64,000 nt of DNA from Bugula neritina (Eukaryota > Animalia > Bryozoa), in contig OZ037765.1 of the NCBI GenBank assembly GCA_964035545.1, forward strand, positions 19,034,995 through 19,098,994, given 5' to 3'. Position 1 is the stretch's first letter. Each line of letters opens with the position of its first letter. Both the position numbers and the translations under genes were made by a program. A model generated the notes under the pieces. That model was not told where the DNA came from. It did no database searches and was given only the letters and a program-made list of their open reading frames with translations. Below are positions 1 to 10,100 of this stretch, piece by piece.

Positions 1-3000
1 CCGAAGTCGTAATTTGGACATCACTCGCTTGACCCCTGCGTGGGCCTGCTTGTGAGTATCCCAAATCAACTCACGGCGGATGGCTGTGGGGCAGACCACC
101 CTCTTCCTTTCCGGGTGTCTGCCGCTGGCAGCTAGAGAGATGGTTAGTAACCCATCCTGCCCGATCCGCAGCGAGTCCCAACGCTGACAGTATAGCCGGA
201 ACTCGGCGCATCCCTGTCGTATGCGTTCCTCGCTGGGTCGTCGCCCTTCCCTTTTGGCCCGGTATATGTCCGCCACGACTCCAGGCAGCTCTTCTTGGAG
301 CTTCTTCAGCTCTCGAACATTACCGGCCAGTACAGGGTTGGTGCGGAGGTTTTGTACATCCTCCGGGGACTCATCAACTCTTTGCCTGAGTTGACCTTGA
401 TCCCAGTCAAACGGTGCTCCGTGATGAGCCAGCGTCTCCAACTCGCATCGTGGGGGACCTCCATCCCTCCTCTCGATGTTGAGACACTGTTTGCAACCTT
501 CGTCAGGTCGACGACTCAACCCATCCGCATTGCTGTGTCTCTTGCCCGGTCGATGTTCGATCCGGTATGAGAATTCAGCTAGGATTTCGAGCCACCGGGC
601 GACCTGACTAGAGGGCTCTGCTCTCCTGCACAACCAGATCAGCGAGGCATGATCCGTACGCAGCCGGAACTTCCTGCCATATAGGTATGGTCTGAAGTGC
701 TTCACTGACTTGATTACTGCCAGCAGCTCCTTGCGGGTAGTGCAGTAATTTCGTTCAGCGGGTGAGAGAGACTTGCTGTAGTAGGCTACTACTACCTCTC
801 GGCCTTCCTGCACTTGTGACAGCACAGCGCCAACATTCTGGTCACTGGCGTCCGTGTCTAGGATGTACTCCAGAGTGAGGTCTGGGTAGGCCAAGATGGG
901 CGCCGTTAGTAGGCAGCCCTTGAGGCGGTCGAACGCTTCTTGTTCGACTGGAGTCCACTGCCACGTCACCCCCTTTGCGGTGAGCCGGTTTAACGGCTGA
1001 GCTATGCCCGCAAAGTCTGGTATGTATTGCCTGTAATACCCTACCAGCCCCAAGAAAGCCCGGAGTCCGGTCAAGTCTTGGGGGGTGACCCAATCTTCTA
1101 CTGCCCGTACCTTTTTGGGATCCGTTGCCACGCCGTTTCGACCGACAACGTGCCCCAGGTACTTGACCTCCGGCTGCAATAGAGCGCACTTGGAAGGTTT
1201 GAGCTTAAGACCGGCACCTCGGAGTCTCTCGAAAACCTCTTGCAGACGACTGACATGTGTCTCGAAGTCTGGAGAGATTACGATGACATCATCGAGGTAG
1301 ACCAGCAGTGTCTTCCAATGGAGTCCGCTAAGGACTTGTTCCATCAGCCTCTGGAAGGTGGCTGGGGCGGAGGTTAACCCGAAGGGCAGCACCTTCCACT
1401 TCCACAAACCGTCCCGTTTTATAAACGCCGCTTTCTCTTGGGCGTCGGGACTCAGAGGAACCTGCCAATAGCCGCTTAGCAAGTCTAACGTACTGAAGTA
1501 CTTGCTGCCGGCTAGGGCGTCCAATGACTCGTCAATACGAGGTAGAGGGTAGGCGTCCTGTATGGTTACGCTATTGAGTTTGCGGTAGTCCACACAGAAC
1601 CGCCAACTGCCGTCTTTCTTCCGGACCAGTACGACTGGCGAGCTCCACGCACTATGGGCGGGCTCTATCAGTCCCCGGTCCAGAAGATCCCGTACTTGTC
1701 GGCTAACCTCCTTCTCTTTCTCCGGCCCCAGCCTGCGCGTGGGCTGCCGGACATGGACTGTCCCTGCAGTCATCGGTATTTCGTGTCTGACAATTCCAGT
1801 CAGTCCCACGTCATGCTCTCCGCTGCTGAACACATCACCGTAGTCGCGTAGTAACTTAGCCATAGCTTGGCGTTCCCTGTTACTCGCGCAGCCGCCACTG
1901 GCTGTTTCATATAACTCCCGGAGATGTGTTGGGACTGCCCCTCGTCCCTGAATAGGGTGTCGAGGGAGTGCCTCTGTCGCATCATCCAGCGACGGGCCTA
2001 CGTCTCTCTCCTGAACAGAGTGAAAACGGCCCAGCATCGACCCAGCCGGGAGCTTGATAGGCTCGGTAAAGGGGTTGACGCACTGCACTAAGATCTCCCC
2101 TTGCTCAGTCAGCTGATTCAGACTGCTGGCAAGTTGGATCTTTTCGTGCGCGCCTTCGACCACCCCGAGTCCAGAGATCCGGCTACTATTCACCCTGCAG
2201 TGAATGGTAGCCCGGGAGCGGCCTGGTATGGTACGGTTGCGTACCACTTGCACACCTCCCACTAAAGGGCGGTTGAACTTGTCGACGCAGGCGAGTTCCC
2301 GCCCGGACATCATCATTGCAGATCTGCTAAAATCTATGTGACATCCGTGCCGTTTAAGGAACGGCATCCCGAGGATAGCATCCTCCTTGAGCTGACTGAC
2401 GATGAACGTCTCTTGGATCGTTTGATCGTGGACTCGTCCCGTCAGCTCAATTATACCATAGAAGGGAAGGCACGACCCGTCAGCTAGGGTGCCGTATTCC
2501 CCTTCGTATGCTTCCATCTCGCCCCTGACCCTAGCACTGAGGGTGTCGAAGAGTTGGCGGCTTAAGAGGTTTGTGGTACAGCCCGAATCAATGAGAAAAG
2601 TAACAGCTTTGCCTTCCAGTTTACCGGGCAAGAAATAGCTGTTCCCATGGGGCTGCACCTGAACTCTCCCTTCAGGCCTTACTCTCGCAGGGAGTACCTC
2701 TCTCGCTTTGGGTCGCGAAGGAGGTCTCTTGGGGCGGTGGTAGGTAGGCCTCGGGGGTGCCGAGGCTAGATTCTCAGCTACCTTTGTGTGCTCCCATCCA
2801 GATTCTTGGACTTGTAGCCCTGTGAATCTGTTGTGAAGGGGCATAGAAAAGGCAGCCGCGGGGCGAAGCCCCTTGCTGGTCCGTCGTGGCTGTTGCCACT
2901 GTTGGTTGCCAGTACGCGGTACCCGTCTGGGTGACCTGCGTTTCTTCTTCCCTGGAGGTTTCATCGTCGGTCCGCGGAAGGTGGGAACATCTGCGGGCCG

Positions 3001-3072
3001 CGGTAGTTTAACCCCTGATTTAGGAAGGGACAATATCGGCGGAAATGTCCTTGATTTCCGCACTCCCAGCAA
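1..3072 (-). CDS. pol: Gypsy pol of copy 1 (protease, RT, RNase H, start of integrase), partial
   Basis: Mirror of 53679-56750. Has CGA where copy 2 has TGA. The ORF track shows no stop-terminated fragment in this frame, so it appears open to the window edge. Confidence 0.9.
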   Translation of the reverse strand, partial: MLGVRKSRTFPPILSLPKSGVKLPRPADVPTFRGPTMKPPGKKKRRSPRRVPRTGNQQWQQPRRTSKGLRPAAAFSMPLHNRFTGLQVQESGWEHTKVAENLASAPPRPTYHRPKRPPSRPKAREVLPARVRPEGRVQVQPHGNSYFLPGKLEGKAVTFLIDSGCTTNLLSRQLFDTLSARVRGEMEAYEGEYGTLADGSCLPFYGIIELTGRVHDQTIQETFIVSQLKEDAILGMPFLKRHGCHIDFSRSAMMMSGRELACVDKFNRPLVGGVQVVRNRTIPGRSRATIHCRVNSSRISGLGVVEGAHEKIQLASSLNQLTEQGEILVQCVNPFTEPIKLPAGSMLGRFHSVQERDVGPSLDDATEALPRHPIQGRGAVPTHLRELYETASGGCASNRERQAMAKLLRDYGDVFSSGEHDVGLTGIVRHEIPMTAGTVHVRQPTRRLGPEKEKEVSRQVRDLLDRGLIEPAHSAWSSPVVLVRKKDGSWRFCVDYRKLNSVTIQDAYPLPRIDESLDALAGSKYFSTLDLLSGYWQVPLSPDAQEKAAFIKRDGLWKWKVLPFGLTSAPATFQRLMEQVLSGLHWKTLLVYLDDVIVISPDFETHVSRLQEVFERLRGAGLKLKPSKCALLQPEVKYLGHVVGRNGVATDPKKVRAVEDWVTPQDLTGLRAFLGLVGYYRQYIPDFAGIAQPLNRLTAKGVTWQWTPVEQEAFDRLKGCLLTAPILAYPDLTLEYILDTDASDQNVGAVLSQVQEGREVVVAYYSKSLSPAERNYCTTRKELLAVIKSVKHFRPYLYGRKFRLRTDHASLIWLCRRAEPSSQVARWLEILAEFSYRIEHRPGKRHSNADGLSRRPDEGCKQCLNIERRDGGPPRCELETLAHHGAPFDWDQGQLRQRVDESPEDVQNLRTNPVLAGNVRELKKLQEELPGVVADIYRAKREGRRPSEERIRQGCAEFRLYCQRWDSLRIGQDGLLTISLAASGRHPERKRVVCPTAIRRELIWDTHKQAHAGVKRVMSKLRLR

Positions 3073-3914
3073 AAACTGACTGTTTCTCCCTGTGGCGGCG
3101 CCGATGGCCGCATGGGCTCAGGGGCGGTACTCACTGGGTTTTGTGGTGTCAGTGTTGCTATCAGCTTGGCTAGCATGTCCGTCAGTTGAGTGACTTTTGA
3201 TGCCGTCGCCAACTGGGACACGGCAGCCGCGGCGGGGGTTTCCTCCCCTTGTCCCGCGGCCGCGTTTGCGCGGTCTATCTCCACTTGGCGGGAGCTTCCG
3301 CGGCTTTTATGCATTTGATTAGCTAGGAGGTAAGCTTCCCCCTCAGTCAGAGCATCTTCAACGGTGGTGACTCCCCTAGCTAGAAACTGGTGGTGGAGAC
3401 CCAGATCGTCGACAGATGCTATGAAAGCGTCGAGGGTGTACCTCTCGCGGTTGACTGGGGGCAAGTCGCTGTACGCGATCTGTGCCAGCTTCATGACCGC
3501 GGCGGCATGCTCCCGCAGCGGGGTGCGGGGGTCACGCCGCAACCTCTGCAATCGGGCCCTGGCATCTGTAGCAGAGAGGCCAAAGCGGGCCCGCAGAGAA
3601 GCAAAGATATTATCAATGTCTACGCCCAGCCCATAGGGCTTGGCTTTGTCCATCAATGCCATTCTAAGCTTCAGCAAGGCCACCCTAGGGGGCCACTGAG
3701 CGACGTCCATTACGTCGCTAAACTCTTGGATAAATTGTTCCACCTCCTCTTCACCCGTGAAGGTGGGCGCCTTTAACCTGTAGCGGTCCTCAGCTAGTTC
3801 TCGCGGAACCCTTCGCTCTTCTACTACATGGTTAACAGGCATTGTCTCTACAGCATTGTCTCTACGCTCACCTTCGATTGCCGGTGGTTGAGTTCCAGCA
3901 TTTTCAGTCTCCAT
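2961..3914 (-). CDS. gag: Gypsy gag of copy 1, intact 317 aa with CCHC zinc knuckle
   Basis: ORF starts just after the PBS. Contains an LKAPTFTG capsid-type motif and the knuckle CWECGNQGHFRRYC. Confidence 0.93.
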   Translation of the reverse strand: METENAGTQPPAIEGERRDNAVETMPVNHVVEERRVPRELAEDRYRLKAPTFTGEEEVEQFIQEFSDVMDVAQWPPRVALLKLRMALMDKAKPYGLGVDIDNIFASLRARFGLSATDARARLQRLRRDPRTPLREHAAAVMKLAQIAYSDLPPVNRERYTLDAFIASVDDLGLHHQFLARGVTTVEDALTEGEAYLLANQMHKSRGSSRQVEIDRANAAAGQGEETPAAAAVSQLATASKVTQLTDMLAKLIATLTPQNPVSTAPEPMRPSAPPQGETVSFCWECGNQGHFRRYCPFLNQGLNYRGPQMFPPSADRR

Positions 3915-3945
3915 CTTGGATGCACTATCCCACCGCTGCCACCAC

Positions 3946-4250
3946 TGTTATGATTTTTAGATTTAGGGTTGATGTGCTATCCAGAGAGTCTATTTATTTA
4001 CTATAGAACTGCACCAGGATAAGTCGAGTGAACGAGTATATTTTACACACAATTATACATTATAAAAACGATACATTATTTCCAAACAAGTTACACATCT
4101 AATCTATTTCACACTCTAGCTTCGACTGAGTTAGCAGCGGGAAACTACAATTGCTGCTAACTATCAACTACGCTAATTGGCTATCCATTGTTCCGGGTCA
4201 ATTACGCGACCCTACATGTCGTGCTGCTGGTAGTTCCACGAACCACCACA
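3946..4250 (-). repeat. 5' LTR of copy 1 (305 bp)
   Basis: About 4-5 substitutions relative to the LTRs at 52501 and 59701. TG...CA ends. Confidence 0.96.
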
Positions 4251-4363
4251 ATATGTAACTAATTACAATTATATACATCAATTACAAATTACATTTAATT
4301 AATTGAAAAAATGTAATTAATTACAACCAACTACAATTACAAATTACAATTACCCCAACCCTG
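4251..4363 (-). mobile_element. Left end of a hAT-type MITE interrupted by Gypsy copy 1
   Basis: Reverse complement begins CAGGGTTGGGGTAATTGTAATTTGTAATT, matching the start of the element at 33671-34181. Confidence 0.8.
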
Positions 4364-4545
4364 TTCACTAGCACTAGCCACATTGCCAAGTGACAGAGTT
4401 TCTGAGCTAACACTGACTGTGCTGTAGCCAGCTTGTCCACAAAAGCTCTCAATGTAGGTTGAAAGCTGAACTATAAATCTCACATCAATTTCACTACACT
4501 ACACTATGAGATGTGATAAAACGTACGTTACCACTATTATCATAC

Positions 4546-4693
4546 CTAAAAACATGGCTACATCTGTGTTATTGTAAGTTAGAGATTTTCCTTTTAACTG
4601 TCCTCCATGATTCAGCTGTACAACAGGATCAGCACCTGCAGCAGTGTGCCACAATAGTAAACTTAGTATCACAATAAATCTTGCCGTATACAT
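4546..4693 (-). CDS. First coding exon of a secreted type-B carboxylesterase/cholinesterase-like protein
   Basis: Signal peptide MYTARFIVILSLLLWHTAAGA, then DPVVQLNHGGQLKGKSLTYNNTDVAMFLG, the typical COesterase N-terminus. Phase-1 donor G|GTATG. The rest of the gene lies beyond the retroelement, outside the window. Confidence 0.75.
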
Positions 4694-7170
4694 TCTCAGT
4701 ATTAGCAGGGTGAATGCTCAACTCAGAATGAATATGATTGAGTTACTTCAGGAGTGTTTTTTGCAGCAATGCAGTTTATTATTTACAAAAGGTACGCTGC
4801 ATGCATGCTCATATTTGTAATTGACGTCACACAGGCACTAAATGCATAAAAAACTTGATTATACTTGCAATTATTTTGGATGAAAGATAAACAGTATTAT
4901 TTATAAGATGTTTGCCTTGCAAACTGCAATGTGATATAGGAGTAGCTGATTAAAATAAATAAAATAGTCTACCTATATCTTAGCAACATGCACTTTATAT
5001 AGCAACTGCAGAAGGCCATTGTTCCACTATAACAGTGTATAAAACCCAGCAAGCCGTTAGTTGGACCATGCAGTAAAATGTGATCGCAATTGGTTGTGAT
5101 TACAAGTATTATATAATTTATTAATAGCTGTATAATTATTTGCATTATCTATAAAAACAATGTTAATGCTCTCAACTTAAATATTTAAACTCATATGGAT
5201 GAAGTTGATATTTATTGCCATTTGAAAATATACAACAGCACAAGATTGCTGCCTTTAACCTGACTCATTATGAAACAATGCAAGAGTAGTCTCTCCGGTG
5301 ATATAGAATCAGCACTCTCTTCCTGTGAAATTAACTCAGCGTAATTGATTTATACTAGATAAAGAAAAGACCACCCATTGCATTGTTTGATACAGTAAAA
5401 GACAACTCCACAACTGATAGTTATTAAATTATATAATGTGCCTACTGTACAGATAAATTTAGTTGATTATGTAAACATTTCTTAATGAGTGAATTTTGAG
5501 AGGTTAGAGTAGAGCTGTGCCACATCAGCAGCATGCAACAAATTATGAAGCATGTAAGGATGGGGGGGGGGCACAACGGTCATAGGGGTACAAAAAGCCA
5601 GTCAAATTGTGAGAGAACTTAATGACTTGAAGTTGTGATTTTTCTAATAAAAAGGTATTGATTGCTGAGTCAAGCTGAGTCATTCTAGCTTTTCAGTTGA
5701 ATCAGTAATAAGAACTAGTGGTGAAAAGGGCACGAACCCACCCCCCCCTCCCCAGCTGATGAAGTGCAGTCCCCAAGCCCAGTCTCGTGCAAGAAAAACT
5801 TTACAGAGCATAAAATATTAATAAACTGACCAGATTTATTGATAAACCAAATTTTACTAGAATTTACTTCATGCTTTTTGCATCAATGTGATATATATAA
5901 AAAAAATGGGGCTTGATCATTTGGCTGTTATTTATGTATGTCAAAAATTTTACCTGTAATTACAATATCTTACAAAACTCACTTCTAAAGTGTAAGAAAA
6001 ATAATTAATTATAGCACAAGCTACAAGCACTAAAAATTTGGTTGATTTTGTGCTCAATCAGCTCAGCTTCGCTCACTCTCCTACTTCAATAGTAGGCCAT
6101 AGATTATAGAGTATAGACTAGTATGGCTAGATATAAATTTAACATTTTTCACTTTTAAGCTAAATTCTCATTCTGAAACTTCAAGTCAATAGGTGTTGAC
6201 TGTTCTCTATATTTTACTTCCCCCTTTCTGAATTTAATGTTATAAGAAAAATTAATTACGAAGTTACATTTTTTGTAAATTTAGATGGTCTGCTATAAAA
6301 CTCAGTTCAACATTTTAGGTTTAGGAGTTGGCGTCTCTATAAATACTCTACTTTTTGAACTACAAATGATTTCATATAAAAAAAAAAATTTATTTAAAAA
6401 ATGTTTTTAGCAATAATGCATACATGCACAAACAATGTATAAAAATTGATAACAAATTAATACGAAAACATGCCATCTTGCTCAGCAACTCTCAATGTCA
6501 AGGACATATTTTTCAAAATAATACTTTTCATTGCGCTGATGTTGATACTTATGCTGATAGTCATAGGGTGATAGTGTTCCTAGTTTTAGATATATACCAA
6601 GTCTAATTCTCCAATTAAATCATATCTTTACTGCTTATTTTGTTTTTTTTTGTTCGCCAGTAGTATTAGTAGTAGTTGCAGTGCTACTGTACCAGAAATA
6701 ATACTAAAACTGAAAGTAAATCTTCGCAGATTCAGTGAATCAGTAGTCAGTAAATCACTAAATCAAAATGTGATTATGATTAATCTGATAGTAATAGCGA
6801 TGCTTTTGACAAAAGGATAGCACTAATATAAATATTTATTTCTAATACTATTGTTTTCGTTTTGTTCGCCTTCATCTTGTAACTGTATTTCTAATACTAA
6901 TAGTAATAGTAATTGTTATACTGATTCATATTCATTTTCAACTTTTTTTTCAGAAACATTATCTCTAACTCTAAGTGACTATCCCTATCACTTATTGTTA
7001 AATTTAATAATAAAAACTCACGTTTTTGTGTTAAGTTCTTTATCTCTGTGAAAAACTCTGATACTACTGTAAGAGGTTTTTAACTAAAACTAAAAGTGCC
7101 AGCAGACCAAGGACTGGTTTGTTTCGGTTAGCGGTACTAGTAGTAGTTCAAATTCGCTATACTTAATGAT

Positions 7171-10100
7171 ATGGAGTGCATCGTATCTTACATTGTTCAT
7201 CCAGGAGAATTTTACGCACAAGTTGGAGATGGTAAGGTTTATACAATTATATCATAACATTAATATTCATCTTGACTTTGTCTGGGTTTTAGTTTTATTC
7301 CATTTCAAAATAGTAGAACACTAAATTATATTTTTTATCAATGTAGCTATTACTCTTTTACTGTATTTAGATCAATTCCATTTTATATTATATAAATTTT
7401 ATATAATAGTAAAATAGCATACAGATGCATAACTACTAAATTAGTACTGCATTTAGTTGGAATAGTTGCGAGTTTGATCTAGGGTTTGGCAAATCAAATG
7501 GGAAATGATTGTTTGTCAAACCATTGCATATGATATTACAATATTATTTGATAATTATTCAATGTTTCATTGTATTGCATTGAGAAATATTGCACAATCT
7601 TCTTGAATTCATTCCGTGATATTTTAATAATTACACATGCAACTATTCATTTTGAATTGACTAAAATTAAATACTTGTATTTTAGAAAAAAAATTTACTG
7701 ACTTCACAAAATTGGTCAGCTTAATACAAGGTTTTTGCTCTGCAAGAGAGACTCATTTCCACAGTGTCAGCAATGTAGAAGTTGGAGAAATACTCTTCCT
7801 GAAATCTGTTCTCAAAGATGGTACATATGTCAGAGCGAAAGTGTTGGATGTGCACACAAATAGGTAACCGCACTGCTTATAGAAAATCCATCAATAATCT
7901 GTTTGGGTTATAAAAATAAACAAGCAGACTTGCAATTTATACTACTAAGGCTTGATGTTACAGGTGGTTCAGATTTCTGCTAACATATTTCTGTTTTGTC
8001 CTAAACTGAACCTTTGATATTTCCTCAGCTGTATTGTATTTAAAACACATCCATAACTTATGTTTTGTGTATTAATGATATTTTTTAATGTATTTATACT
8101 GTAATATGTTGAATATAAACTTTTTTTTCACTATTCTACAGAAATGATGATGATTGCTCTGGGTAATTTAGTATATTTCATAACTGCCATTTATCTAATT
8201 ATCTTGGAGGTTTGATTCTATTATTGACATATAAATAGCTGCTGTAGCTATCTCATTTGGTCTTTTATAGTTTGTATTTTAGCATTGGGTAATTATTAAG
8301 TGGATTAATTTTAGTTGCTCTGCATACCTTATGGACTATGGAGGTAACGAAGATAATGTGACACGAGTTCTAAAGATAGATCCAACTGTTAGAAGATTTG
8401 CTGATATTGAGCCTCAAGCTAGAAAGTTCTCTCTAGCGTTTGTGAAGCCAGTAAGTTTTATTATTGATCTTAAAGTATAGGTCTTAGTAATAGGGTAAGT
8501 GTAAGCATGATTATGCTACTCTGAAGCCCTATTAGAAAAAGTGGTGCAACTACTGTTAAATCTTCAAGTGTGATGAAATACATTGAAGATTTGTGATTAG
8601 TATTATGTATTTCTCTAGTTAATTATTTACTAACTTTCAATTCAACTTGAAGCTCACAATTACTGTCCAGTCTTGTATATGGGCAGAAAAATGCAGCATA
8701 AGAAGCTTGTTGTTCTTAATTATAAAGACTGAAGATATTTGTTGATATCATGCTCATATTGTTTGCATTGAACATGTTAGACTGCGTTTGAGGAAGTTTT
8801 TGTATATGGTCGTGTTTATTTAGACTGGAGGTTTGTGGAGTTCTGGTGCTACAGAATTATTCAAACAGAACTGCAAGGGCAGATTAACTTATTTACCAAC
8901 TGAAGATCCTGATCATATAACTCTTATTGTCAGGTTGGATTATCATATTATATAAATATCCAAGCTGTGTTCTACACAAAGTGTATTAGTATCCACCATT
9001 TTTATATTAAAAATCTAATAGAAATCGTATCCTAAGCTTTCAAGTTTTGAGTCAAAAGTTATCCCCTCTCAGTTGATTGTATATAACTCTATTTCAAATC
9101 TTAAGCCTTATGCTAATTTTGTGAGTTGTTTAAACACAGCCCTGTATTAAATTTTATAAAATAGAAGTCAAAGTTGGTGGAATTATTATGTGCATTGCTG
9201 TAATCTGTTGTAGTTGTCAACAGACCAGAAGTGTCATAGACTTGTCTGTGCTTTTAATACAAGCTGGTTTTGCTAAGGTAATTGTTTTTGTACATTCTTA
9301 TTCTGTAGATTGTGGCTATTATTTGTTCATTTTTCCAAAGCATTTGGTCAAAGGTTAGTTTTTGACAAAGCAAGGAACTGTTAAGAGTTATTCCCTGTGA
9401 ATACCCTCTGTCAATCATAGCTGAATAGAAGACAATTCCTCATCATTATCTGTTGTGCATTTCGTGCTAGTGCAGTTTGCCTATTCAAAAATACCTTTGG
9501 CATAATTGTGCAAATATTTTTGATTATAGTCAACTCTGGCCTAATCTGAAAACTTGGTGATCCATAATAATATAGTAATAATGGTTTTTTATAGTAGTAC
9601 ATTATACGTACATATTTACAAATTTACAAGCAACAAAAATGGTCATATATGAAGACTTGAAATATTTTCCAATTGTTAAAAATAGCATACTATGTGCGTA
9701 ACATGCAAGAGTACAAAAAAATGTTTTTAATAAGTAAAATAAACAGAGTAATTTTTGATGCTAGTTAAAGATATGTGCATACAAATAAAATACATGTATA
9801 ATTATGCCAGTTTTATGAGCTAAATTTTAATACTTCACCCGGTTTGATCTTTAATGCCCATCAAAGTTTAGTATTGGCATCATCTTTAGATTTTGCATTC
9901 ATTTTAAATTGTTTTTACTTTACCTGGTGATATTAATAACAATATATGTAAATTGATTAAGCTATTATACTTTTTTCTAGCGTTTGACCTCTGTTGATAA
10001 TGGTGACAGTTCAACCCCCTCCATTGCTGCGTCGATGTCAGACATTGTGTTGCAGCAGCGCTCTGTTAGTGTGCAAACTGACAACCATACTACTTCTACA

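Larger units (their letters stand above)
1..4250 (-). mobile_element. Ty3/Gypsy LTR retrotransposon, copy 1 (5' part; runs off the window start)
   Basis: Reverse complement is colinear without net indels with 52501-56750. 5' LTR 3946-4250 (TG..CA), PBS 3927-3944, then gag and pol. ATAT flanks the LTR at 4251-4254. Confidence 0.97.

Noticed and set aside
295-3776. Many short alternative-frame and antisense ORFs over the retroelement, mirrored at 52975-58144
   Set aside because: By-products of GC-rich gag/pol coding sequence. Their presence in both copies only reflects near-identity.
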